Assembly: GCA_045568235.1 (NCBI GenBank)
Contig: JBJLBJ010000021.1
Location: 66,386-130,385, forward strand
Length of the DNA stretch: 64,000 bases
Source: Candidatus Thalassarchaeaceae archaeon
Lineage (GTDB): Archaea > Thermoplasmatota > Poseidoniia > Poseidoniales > Thalassarchaeaceae
Direction of reading: 5' to 3'
Made by a program: the position numbers and the translations under genes. Positions within the stretch are counted from its first letter, which is position 1. Each line of letters opens with the position of its first letter. This document shows, in pieces, positions 20,487 to 29,500 of the stretch. Below the pieces are notes generated by a model, which had not been told where the DNA came from, made no database searches, and saw nothing but the letters and a program-made list of their open reading frames with translations.

Positions 20487-21418
20487 TCATATCCATCCTT
20501 TCGTTTCAATGCAGGAGTTTTGATATCCCATCATTGAAGCGTATAATTTAGACTCTCTAATCTCATCTGGTATGCAGATTTTCCCAGAGGTGGTTTCAAA
20601 ATCTATTGCGCGATCTAAGTCTAGTGCATGGCGATTTAGATTATTCAATAAACTATTTGATAGTCTAGTTATTGTAGCAAATAAAAACAGAATTATTAGG
20701 AAAACGGCAATAGTCCCCAATGCCGTATCTCCTAAAGCATCCATAACAAGTATGCCCAGTAGGAATACAATTGGAGCGGTGAAGGTGAATAGGAAGCGAT
20801 TTTCAGTTATTGGCTTTTTATTTTTCATTCTCTTCATTATTTCCCATCTAGAATCTCGATTTGTCCCTAGGGTTAAAAATTTCACTACTTTCCATCTTTG
20901 CAGCCTTTTCAACCATCTGTCTGACTGATTGCATACGTAATAGTTGTTGATTAGCGGGAGCGTCCATTTCTTCACCGAATAATTCATCAAGTTTTATTGC
21001 ACAATCTTCATAATAACCCATTCTAGCTAATATCCCTATCTGCTCAACTAGAGGGTGTTACTTGATAGTGGTTCGTTTTTTCTACGATTCTCCCACCATT
21101 CTAAACCATGCTCCAACATGCCAAGATGATCTATAAGGAGAGCCCCTCCTAGTTCCCACGCAAGATCATTATCAGGATCGTACTGGATAACTTTCTTCAA
21201 TGCAGCCATCGCCCTTGAACATTGTTTCAAATCTGGCATTAATGGTTTACCTCTAGTTAAGTGGAGGGAGATTAAGTCTGAGCTATTGCCATCCACGCAT
21301 CTGCATGTTTTTCATCCATTTCTACAACTGATCTGGCCTGTAATAATGCATTTTCTCTGTCTCCTTTTTCTTCTAAGTCCAAAACATCTAACCAAACCAT
21401 CTCAGGGCTCTTGGCCAT
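20487..21418 (-). pseudogene. TPR-like protein with a C-terminal membrane segment, fragmented into at least three frames
   Basis: The pieces are 'MAKSPEMVWLDVLDLEEKGDRENALLQARSVVEMDEKHADAWMAIAQ', the 21048..21296 ORF, 'LVEQIGILARMGYYEDCAIKLDELF', and the TM part of the 20487..20990 ORF. Confidence 0.35.
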
Positions 21419-21478
21419 ATTTCATCGGAGACACTCCTCAGAGAAGAAGGCTGGGGTCATTAACGATTCGAATGACGT

Positions 21479-21778
21479 CTAGGAGTTCGATTTTTTCGAT
21501 TTTTTCGGAGACCAAGTCGCTCTTGGGCTTCTAGAACGGGGTCTTTTTTTCGTCGTTTTTGAGCCAACTCCTTGCCTCGGTTTCCTAGTATCACAACTGG
21601 AGCGGTTGCATATTTCCTTACTTGCATAATTATGATTTTTGCACTTTGGGCATATCCAGTCACCGGGCCTTATTTTTGTATCACGAGTATTTTTATCATT
21701 ATTCTTCTTGATTACTACGACGATTAATATTTCGCCCTTTGTTCTTGTTGGGCTTTGGGGTTCTATCCCTTGGGGCAA
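21479..21778 (-). CDS. RanBP2-type-like zinc-finger protein with a basic Arg/Ser/Lys-rich tail. The 5' end is uncertain and it is possibly fused to the upstream gar1 remnant.
   Basis: 'GDWICPKCKNHNYASKEICNRSSC' (about nt 21593-21664) fits W-x-C-x2-C-x3-N-x6-C, except that the last pair is C-x4-C. The tail reads 'RKPRQGVGSKTTKKRPRSRSPRATWSPKKSKKSNS'. Confidence 0.4.
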   Translation of the reverse strand: MPQGIEPQSPTRTKGEILIVVVIKKNNDKNTRDTKIRPGDWICPKCKNHNYASKEICNRSSCDTRKPRQGVGSKTTKKRPRSRSPRATWSPKKSKKSNS

Positions 21779-21779
21779 T

Positions 21780-22008
21780 TTCTATGCTAGCACCTACTGC
21801 ACTTGTCGGCAACGAACTCCTCGAGATAATGGAAAGATATGAATCATGGGATTTTCAACACTGCCAATTACACGCTTTGAACTCTGCCAATATTTTTCCC
21901 GCCACCTATGATCCTTATATTCGTACCAAGACTAGGTGGTTTGCCCTCGAATGATGCTAAAATACCTCCTTCATGAGATGTTTTGGAGACTGTCCCCGAG
22001 AAACTCAT
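21780..22008 (-). pseudogene. gar1: H/ACA RNP protein Gar1-like, frameshifted
   Basis: 'MSFSGTVSKTSHEGGILASFEGKPPSLGTNIRIIGGGKNIGRVQSV*' (21868-22008) continues in another frame as 'IGSVENPMIHIFPLS'. This matches the archaeal Gar1 pattern (LG.V.h..G.l.v....PSL...v....iG.V.dvfGPv.nPY..v.P), and a basic tail follows. Confidence 0.45.
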
Positions 22009-22011
22009 GAT

Positions 22012-24035
22012 TTAATCGCGACGTGTTGTGTACATGAGAGCACCGGCTATAGAAATAAATATCAAATATAAATTAGCAAAAGGAAATTGATCTTTCGTCA
22101 TTAGAGTCCTGAGGAGAGTGGTTGTACTAATTCTTCGGCATATAAGTGGCTGTTATTTACTTCAAATAAGATTGATTGTACACATACTCCCGATTCATCG
22201 CAGCCCTCTAGTTTAATCTCGTATTCACCTTCTGGCCATAAATTAAAGTTTATTTCCGGTATTTCCCAAGTATTCCCCGATGGGTCTATTGTACCCATCA
22301 AAGAATCATCGATAGAAGAATGAAAAGGAGACTTCCTCTCCATCAGGATCACTAAATTGGCCTCGGGCCGACCAGTGAGAAGGTTCGGAAGTTGAGAATC
22401 CCCATTGATGATGCCACTGAGGAATGGAGGAGAGCTGTCTTTAATTATTCCTAAATCATAAATACCTCATCAATTGGTAAACATTTTCTCCATCAACCAT
22501 CATTTTGACTTTCACGTCCCCTGGAGTTAATCCAACTGAAGAAATATTAACATAGATGTCGAAGATTCAACTAAAAATTCCGAAAATATTGGCTCTCCGT
22601 CTTGGTACAAAGATATCGATACTGACAAATGTAGGCCAATTATCAGATACTTGGATGTATATTGGGTGAGGGTTTTGAAGTGATTGGAGAAGTAGTGGAT
22701 AATGAAATTGGCATACCAACATTCCATGTCCTATTGCCTGATGTTTGTCCTGATCGAGTCTCTTGCTTCACAAGTAATTTCCTGTAAATGTTCAATATTT
22801 GCATATAAGGAACCATCAATACTTTGTCTGATATTCGAATTCAAATCACCAAAACAGGAAATATCAAGGTTTGAAACTCCTAATTCATCACTGAACCATG
22901 TTGAAATTTGTTCCCAATCCGCCCACATTATGTCTCCTGTTTCAGATAAGGGAAACCAAGTGCCATCAATAGGCGCATCTTCAGTCCATACGGGAGGATT
23001 ATCAATTGGCACAGGAAGAGTGGTGAAATCGGCAAAAATATCTTCACCACTAGGCCAGTTAATTCTATCTGAATTTGGAAATACAGTGTAACTCAAAATA
23101 TCATTGTTTGAGTCTAAAGAATAATTAGAAGATTGATCGCCAATACAACTACCTCTCAGAGGAGACACATAATTACTCCCGTGAATCTACGTCTAGGCCT
23201 ACATACCTGCCTTCACACTCTTCCCACATGTCTAATCTTAAATCATTACTTAGAGGGAAAGTAAAAGTCAATTCAGCATTGCTCATATTTGATGCATTCA
23301 GTGCTAGGGTAAATGATTCTGGATCACTAATTCCAGATAATTCCAAAGTGGAATTCAAGTATAAAACAAATCTACATTCATCCAATCCAAGAGAATTATC
23401 TATATCGGCATCACAATCTCTGTTTTCTGATGGGAATAACAGGTATTTCATAACAAGGAGTATTTGGATTATAAGATTCACAAGTTCTAATTTCGGAATG
23501 CCTAGAAGGTACACCGTTTACTTCATTCACGATTATGCTGCCTCCTTCCCAAGTTGTATTTTTCCAGTCAACACCTACTCCTCCTCTGTGGAGCTGGCCC
23601 GTCTCTAATCCCAATTCTAGTTATTGTGTGCTCTATACAATCAGCAGCAATTGACATCACTGCATCTCTCTCATCAGTAGATAACCAACCATCTCCTCCA
23701 CTTGGCACAAGTCCTTCCAAATAACTATCTAGTCTTTCCCTAACAACATCTGCCATTGACCAATTTATCCATGCTGTTGCAAATACTTCTGCGGATTGCC
23801 AGTCTTCATCGACTTGGAAATGAAATTCTGCCTTAGTATATTCAAATATATCTTCAAAAGTTATCTGACTACATCGCTCTTCGAAGCTAGCTTCACCCCC
23901 TCCTCCTCCGAATTGGTCCATCCGGATTAATTTATCTTCCAAATTGGAGTTGTGTGATAAAAGAGGCATGAAACTGATAAAAATGAAAATGAAACAAATA
24001 CAACTCACCGATAGAGTTGAGTTTTTTCTTCGCAC
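22012..24035 (-). pseudogene. Secreted, C-terminally membrane-anchored protein split into at least seven ORF fragments
   Basis: Signal peptide in the 23568..24035 ORF. The next fragments are 23411..23614, 23173..23514, 22731..23168, 22527..22727 and 22101..22352. The last is a TM anchor, 'MTKDQFPFANLYLIFISIAGALMYTTRRD' (22012-22101), which overlaps the preceding stop as TAATG. Confidence 0.5.
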
Positions 24036-24085
24036 GCCCCTAACAGGGGCCGATAGGTCATTACTATATCGTACAAATGTTTACT

Positions 24086-24115
24086 CTTAAATTGGATAAT
24101 AATACTTAATTTAAG
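24086..24115. promoter_or_regulatory. Perfect 8-bp inverted repeat CTTAAATT-N14-AATTTAAG, about 117 bp upstream of the transferrin-like gene
   Basis: Read directly. The AT-rich context makes chance occurrence plausible. Confidence 0.2.
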
Positions 24116-24231
24116 CGCCTTTCGTTGACCAAGAAGCAACATAATACTGTAAAGAAAAAAACTCACATTGAAAAACCATGTAAAGTACGCGGTGTACAGA
24201 TATTGGTAATTTTCATTAAAGGAGAGGCGAT

Positions 24232-26334
24232 ATGAGAAAGAAGTCGGTTACATTATTTATTAGCATTATTCTCTTAACCAGTATCTTTTCTGGGTGTTTA
24301 GGAGATGAAAATGATGAAAGAACCTTGGGAAAATTAATAATTGCTTATGAAATAAAAGATAATTCTCAAGAAGTTGATGGTAATCCCGAAATATTGGCAA
24401 ATTATCTCACTGAGAAACTAAATTATGATGTTAGTATATTCAGTGTTGATTCAGAAGGAGCAATGATAGAGGCACTAAGATTTGGGAATGCAGATATTGC
24501 AATAATGGATGCTGGATCTGCATGGATAGGTTGGCAACAATACGATCTGGGAGTCCTAGCTGCTGATCTGAATGTAGATGATAGGACATATTACAATGCA
24601 AATGCTTGGGTTCGTTCTGAGAGTGATATTGCGAAGGCTTTTTTGGATGATGATCCATATTCAGATCCATTTGCACTTCTTTCGGGGAAGGCGTCTTGTC
24701 ATACTGGTTGGCTAAATTCAGTAGGCATGTTACTACCAATGGGTTTCTTGATTGGTCATGGATATGCAAATGTCATAGGAGATCCAAATGATGTAGAAAC
24801 AATAAGAAATACTATTTATGCATTTTTCGACATCAATTCAACTATCCCTGAAATAGGGACGCCTTACTATGGCGATTCAGGTGCTCTGAAATGCTTATCC
24901 GAAGGAATTGGAGATGTTGCATTTATTGAAGAAAATACAGTTGAGATATTTTGTAATAATGATTTGGAAGATGATAATCAGCTTTGGTGCTTGGAAAAGG
25001 AGGAATACGTTGCATTACCTGCATTTGGGCAATCTCCCAGTAACTCAGTAGTTTATAACCCATCAATATTACAATATAGTCTAACCAATGATATTGCAGA
25101 AGTACTTGTTAATATGAAAAATGATCCTACTGCTTTCGATATACTCAATAATATCCTTAATACTCCAGGTTTTGAAGCAGTCAATACTACTTCACATTTG
25201 AGTAGTTATTCGAAATTAATTTCTAATATACCTGGAATTTCAGCATATTATAATGATAAATACACATTGAATAGTACTCTTTCTTCTTCTATGGAAAAAG
25301 TTATAATTGCTATTAAAAATGATATCGGTAGCAATAATAATTCACAAATAATTTCAGATTATTTACAGGACATTTTAGGTGTAGAAGTTAGTATATATGA
25401 TGTAAATTCTGAAGGTGAGATTATTGGGGCATTAAAAGATGGTAGTGCAGATTTAGCAATTTTAGATAATTCTATCGCTGTATGGATAGCTTGGAAGGAG
25501 TTTGGATTAACTGCTATGGCTGCGATGCAAGGAATGGATGAGCGAACACATTTCAATACTGCTGCTTATGTAAAAATAGATAGTAGTATAGCATCTGCTT
25601 ATCTAGATGGTGATATCGATACAAATCCTTATTCTCTATTAGAAGGAAAAACTTCCTGTCACTCAGAATGGATGAGTTTGGCAGGGATGGTTATGCCTGT
25701 TGGATATCTAATTGATGAGGGATACATGAATAATGTCAATGATTCAAAGAATATTGATGATTTGAATAATACAATATTAAGCTTTTTTAATCCAAATTCT
25801 TCAATACCTGAGAATGGTTCATCATATCATGGGAATTTAGGTGCTTTGAAATGCCTTTCTGATGATTTTGGAGATATTGCTTTTGTTGAAGAAGGTTATT
25901 TAGAATCTTATTGTGGAAATGAAAATGAAGAAGATAATTTAGATTGGTGTCTTAGTTCGGATGAATATATTTCTCTTCCATTTGATATTAAGATACCAAC
26001 AAGTACGGTAATTTATAATCCTGAAAATTTGGATGTACAAAGTAGAACTGCAATACTAAATGCTTTCGTCTCTCTTAATTTTGAAATGTATTTGGAAAAT
26101 TATTCTTTTTCAGGTAAAACACATACAGGGTGTTATGATATTTCCATTCATGTTATTGATGAAGGGTCCGATAAGGAAACTTGTGGTTCTGAAATTCTAA
26201 AAAATATTTTTAGTTCTTCTGGCGTTGTAAGAATTACTTCCCAAGAACATCTAAGTCATTTCTCCAACTTAATCAACAATATTCCCGGGATAAATGAATA
26301 TTACATAGAATATTTTGAAATTTTTAATGAATAA
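24232..26334 (+). CDS. Bilobal transferrin-family / PhnD-related substrate-binding lipoprotein (two tandem ~330-aa lobes)
   Basis: Lipobox 'LTSIFSGC'. Lobe 1 has 'IMDAG', 'TYYNANAWV', 'GKASCHTGWLNSVGMLLPMGFL' and 'GALKCLSEGIGDVAFIEENTV'. Lobe 2 has 'GKTSCHSEWMSLAGMVMPVGYL' and 'GALKCLSDDFGDIAFVEEG'. Lobe 2 starts near nt 25291. Confidence 0.85.
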   Translation: MRKKSVTLFISIILLTSIFSGCLGDENDERTLGKLIIAYEIKDNSQEVDGNPEILANYLTEKLNYDVSIFSVDSEGAMIEALRFGNADIAIMDAGSAWIGWQQYDLGVLAADLNVDDRTYYNANAWVRSESDIAKAFLDDDPYSDPFALLSGKASCHTGWLNSVGMLLPMGFLIGHGYANVIGDPNDVETIRNTIYAFFDINSTIPEIGTPYYGDSGALKCLSEGIGDVAFIEENTVEIFCNNDLEDDNQLWCLEKEEYVALPAFGQSPSNSVVYNPSILQYSLTNDIAEVLVNMKNDPTAFDILNNILNTPGFEAVNTTSHLSSYSKLISNIPGISAYYNDKYTLNSTLSSSMEKVIIAIKNDIGSNNNSQIISDYLQDILGVEVSIYDVNSEGEIIGALKDGSADLAILDNSIAVWIAWKEFGLTAMAAMQGMDERTHFNTAAYVKIDSSIASAYLDGDIDTNPYSLLEGKTSCHSEWMSLAGMVMPVGYLIDEGYMNNVNDSKNIDDLNNTILSFFNPNSSIPENGSSYHGNLGALKCLSDDFGDIAFVEEGYLESYCGNENEEDNLDWCLSSDEYISLPFDIKIPTSTVIYNPENLDVQSRTAILNAFVSLNFEMYLENYSFSGKTHTGCYDISIHVIDEGSDKETCGSEILKNIFSSSGVVRITSQEHLSHFSNLINNIPGINEYYIEYFEIFNE

Positions 26335-26412
26335 TGACAAAATAAATCCCCGACAATACCAAATAATGGTTTAGGCTCGCCTAAACTTTCCACTAACCTA
26401 GGTGATTGTTAC

Positions 26413-27201
26413 ATGAAACACGTCATTGCAGAAACCGAAGTTAATGAAAAACCAATAGTTAAATTAGTTGATGTGGAAATAGGATATAAAAATAATGAAA
26501 CATTGGTAAAAATTCCGGATCTGGAAATATTTCCGGGAGAGATTGTAGCTATCGCTGGCCCATCGGGTGTTGGAAAAACTACGTTATTGCGAACTATTGC
26601 TGGATTGGTAAAGTCTATTTCTGGAAAAGTAGAAGTTTGTGGAAAGGTGATTCCTCATAGGCCTAAAAGAGGAAATTTGGGATATATTCCTCAAAGATTA
26701 GGTCTAGTTCGTCATGCAAGTGTGATGCATAATGTAATGTTAGGAGCTAATGCTGGTCAGAAAAAGGAAGTTTTTCATAAAAATAAATTTATCCAGATGA
26801 TTGGTAATTCCCTGACATCATTACTTCCTTCTAAGGATGCGAAAATAAAGTCGCTAGATGCGATTGAAAAAATGGGTTTAACTGATAAAATTAGAGAACC
26901 TGTTCGAAAGTTATCAGGAGGGCAGCAAAGAAGAGTAGCAACAGCAAGGACATTGGCACAAGAACCTGTGTTAGTTCTGGCAGATGAATTTCTTAGTGAA
27001 TTAGATGAGGAAACTATGGAAACGGTTTTGAGAGGTGTTGTAGAATATATCAGAAATAATAATGCTGCATTGCTTGTCATAGAGCATGACGTATCAAGAG
27101 CCAAGTCTATGGCAGATAGGTTGTTAGTAATTGACGATGGTAGGCTGAATCCGTTCATTACTGAAGTTACTATGTTAGAGGTGAAAGAATGGTTACGCTG
27201 A
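26413..27201 (+). CDS. phnC: ABC transporter ATP-binding protein, PhnC-type
   Basis: Walker A 'GPSGVGKTT', signature 'LSGGQQRRV', Walker B 'LVLADEF'. It also has the PhnC-like insertion between the Q-loop and the signature motif. Confidence 0.8.
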   Translation: MKHVIAETEVNEKPIVKLVDVEIGYKNNETLVKIPDLEIFPGEIVAIAGPSGVGKTTLLRTIAGLVKSISGKVEVCGKVIPHRPKRGNLGYIPQRLGLVRHASVMHNVMLGANAGQKKEVFHKNKFIQMIGNSLTSLLPSKDAKIKSLDAIEKMGLTDKIREPVRKLSGGQQRRVATARTLAQEPVLVLADEFLSELDEETMETVLRGVVEYIRNNNAALLVIEHDVSRAKSMADRLLVIDDGRLNPFITEVTMLEVKEWLR

Positions 27202-28073
27202 AATCTAAAGTAATTTCTATTTGTTTTATTTTGATAATATTTTCTTTCTCAATATTGAATGGAATGGTAGATGATTGGGGAAGATTATCAGGTGGTTTAT
27301 CGAATTTATTCATTTTCTTCAGTGAATCTTTATGGCCTCCTAACTGGAGCGTGATTGAACCTCAAGTATATCCGGTATGTACGACTTATCCATTGTTTGA
27401 TTTTACTTGTTCTACTGCTTGGATTGGAATGAGTGAAACTATCAAAATAGCCTTCGTCTCAACAATTTTTGGCTCAATTATTTCTTTACCAATTTCGATC
27501 CTAGCTGCAAGAAATCTGAGCCCCCTAGGAGTCTCATATTTAGCAAGAATTTTTTTAGCTGCTGCACGTAGTTTACCAAGTATAATTTGGGCTATATTTT
27601 TTGTAATCCTAGTTGGTTTTGGACCTCTTTCTGGAGTTCTAGCAATGACAATCTATACTGTTGGATACCTAGGTAAACTTCAATATGAGTCAATAGAAGG
27701 AATGAATAGTATACCACTTGAATCGGCAAGATCGATGGGCCTTTCAAAAGTAGAAATTGCTACAGGAGTGGTGATACCAGAAATGGCAAATAATTTAATT
27801 TCTCAGATAATTTTTATGTTTGAGTATAATGTTAGGCATGGGACTGTGATTGGGATTGTAGGTGCCGGAGGTATTGGTTATTACATCAACTTATATCTCA
27901 AATTTCTTCAATATGACAAAGTTATTTCATACCTAATAATTATATTCATAGTAGTACTGATAATTGATTTCTTATCAATTAGCGCTAGGTCTTATTTCAA
28001 TGAAGAAGGAGACATATCTAAACCTTCATGGTGGGATGTATTGCCATTCTCATTTTTGAAGAATCCGAAATGA
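27189..28073 (+). CDS. phnE: ABC transporter permease, PhnE-type
   Basis: 'ESARSMGLSKVEIATGVVIPEMANNLISQIIFMFEYNVRHGTVIGIVGAGGIGY' matches the PhnE EAA-loop/NVR/GAGGIG pattern. Overlaps phnC by 13 nt. Confidence 0.8.
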   Translation: MVTLKSKVISICFILIIFSFSILNGMVDDWGRLSGGLSNLFIFFSESLWPPNWSVIEPQVYPVCTTYPLFDFTCSTAWIGMSETIKIAFVSTIFGSIISLPISILAARNLSPLGVSYLARIFLAAARSLPSIIWAIFFVILVGFGPLSGVLAMTIYTVGYLGKLQYESIEGMNSIPLESARSMGLSKVEIATGVVIPEMANNLISQIIFMFEYNVRHGTVIGIVGAGGIGYYINLYLKFLQYDKVISYLIIIFIVVLIIDFLSISARSYFNEEGDISKPSWWDVLPFSFLKNPK

Positions 28074-28298
28074 TCAAATATCAGAGGCGATTATTCTTAT
28101 TGATCCATCTTTATATGAAATCTGTATATTGTCTTTTACTTTGATAGTTAATGCAGACAATGCCTCATATACTTCTTTTTCTGTTACTTTAAATGCTTCA
28201 GCGGCACGCTTAGTTGACCATGGTACTTCAACAAAATTAGATGATGAAAGCCACTTTAATAGACGTTTTTCAAAATCGGTTAGATCTGAAGCAGACAT
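28074..28298 (-). CDS. Small (74 aa) protein, possibly winged-helix-like, co-transcribed with gpsA
   Basis: ORF 4 nt downstream of gpsA. The helical N-half 'FEKRLLKWL..KRAAEAFKVTEKEVYEAL' is followed by a beta-like C-half. Confidence 0.3.
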   Translation of the reverse strand: MSASDLTDFEKRLLKWLSSSNFVEVPWSTKRAAEAFKVTEKEVYEALSALTIKVKDNIQISYKDGSIRIIASDI

Positions 28299-28302
28299 TT
28301 TC

Positions 28303-29319
28303 TTAACTCCTATAAGACTCGACCATTTTTCTTACTGCATCCTCTACTTCTAATTCTCCTTCTAGTAATGACCACAGAGCAGACAGGAAAGGAGTTGGGG
28401 CATCTATCTTTTTTGAATAATCTAGGAATGATTTGGTAGCACGGACACCTTCTGCAACCATGTGCATTTCTGACAATGCACTATCTAGACCCATTCCTGA
28501 AGCTAATTTCTCTCCCAATGAACGATTACGGCTACGAGGGCTGGTAGCAGTCACGTAAAGGTCACCAATTCCTGCTGGACCAAAAGCTGTACTTTCATCT
28601 GCTCCCATTTTTTCAAGAAGGTAGATGCCTTCACTATAACCTGCAAGTACTAAAGCCGCTTTCAAATTATCTCCCCCTATACTATCTCTCAGCCCATCAA
28701 CCAAACCACATGCTAATGCAACAGTATTTTTGTATGCACCCCATAATTCGGCTCCGATTGGATCTATAGCCGGAGTGAGGACCAATGTCCCTGTCGATAA
28801 TCTCTCTGAAATGCGTTCTGCAACAGATTTGTCATGACAAGCGACCAAAGCATTAGTAAGGACTCCTCTAGCTACTTCGGGAGCTATTGTTGGGCCCGTC
28901 ATTACAACTACTGAGTTACTTTTTCCAGCAATAGATAATTTCTTTTCCAGAACTTCTGAAATTAATTCAGAATCTTCATTTTCTGGAGCTAGTCCCTTGG
29001 CTAAATCTACAATTACATGTGAAGGCCGTAAATTTTCTACCATTTTATCAAAAACAGAAATTATTACAGAACTTGGAAGTGCCATAATAATTAATTCACA
29101 GTCTTCTAAAATATCATTAATTTCCATAGTTGGGTGCAAACCAGATAAATCATGACCTGGGAGATATTTATGATTCATACTTTCTTCCATTAATGACTTA
29201 TACACATCATGTTCAATTGTCCAACCAGATACATTATGGCCATCATCTAACCATATCTTGGCAAGAGCAGAGCCCCAATTACCTAATCCCACTACACCTA
29301 TTCGGGCCATATTAGTCAT
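28303..29319 (-). CDS. gpsA: NAD(P)H-dependent sn-glycerol-3-phosphate dehydrogenase (bacterial GpsA type)
   Basis: 'IGVVGLGNWGSALA' Rossmann motif, 'GPTIAPEVA', 'YKNTVALACG', 'GDLYVTATSPRSRNRSLG', 'MVAEGV'. Confidence 0.85.
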   Translation of the reverse strand: MTNMARIGVVGLGNWGSALAKIWLDDGHNVSGWTIEHDVYKSLMEESMNHKYLPGHDLSGLHPTMEINDILEDCELIIMALPSSVIISVFDKMVENLRPSHVIVDLAKGLAPENEDSELISEVLEKKLSIAGKSNSVVVMTGPTIAPEVARGVLTNALVACHDKSVAERISERLSTGTLVLTPAIDPIGAELWGAYKNTVALACGLVDGLRDSIGGDNLKAALVLAGYSEGIYLLEKMGADESTAFGPAGIGDLYVTATSPRSRNRSLGEKLASGMGLDSALSEMHMVAEGVRATKSFLDYSKKIDAPTPFLSALWSLLEGELEVEDAVRKMVESYRS

Positions 29320-29411
29320 ATCGATGGCGTAAACTCAACGTTATCATACTATGGGAAATGAACATGTAAAGCGTTGCCTTCTTGACTATTGAGCGCTCGC
29401 GCATAAAATAA

Positions 29412-29496
29412 GCAGGGGTACCCGAGTGGTCAAAGGGGCTGGGTTTAGGTCCCAGTGCGTAGTGCTTCGCAGGTTCAAATCCTGTCCCCTGCACCA
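29412..29496 (+). tRNA. tRNA-Leu (anticodon UAG), type II with a long variable arm and encoded CCA
   Basis: Acceptor GCAGGGG/CCCCTGC. Anticodon stem CTGGG/CCCAG with loop TTTAGGT. Variable arm TGCGTAGTGCTTCGCA. T-loop TTCAAAT. Discriminator A followed by CCA. Confidence 0.9.
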
Positions 29497-29500
29497 TTAA

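Noticed and set aside
29312-29497. 61-aa ORF on the minus strand
   Set aside because: It is antisense to a well-folding tRNA-Leu(UAG) gene and is not a credible CDS.
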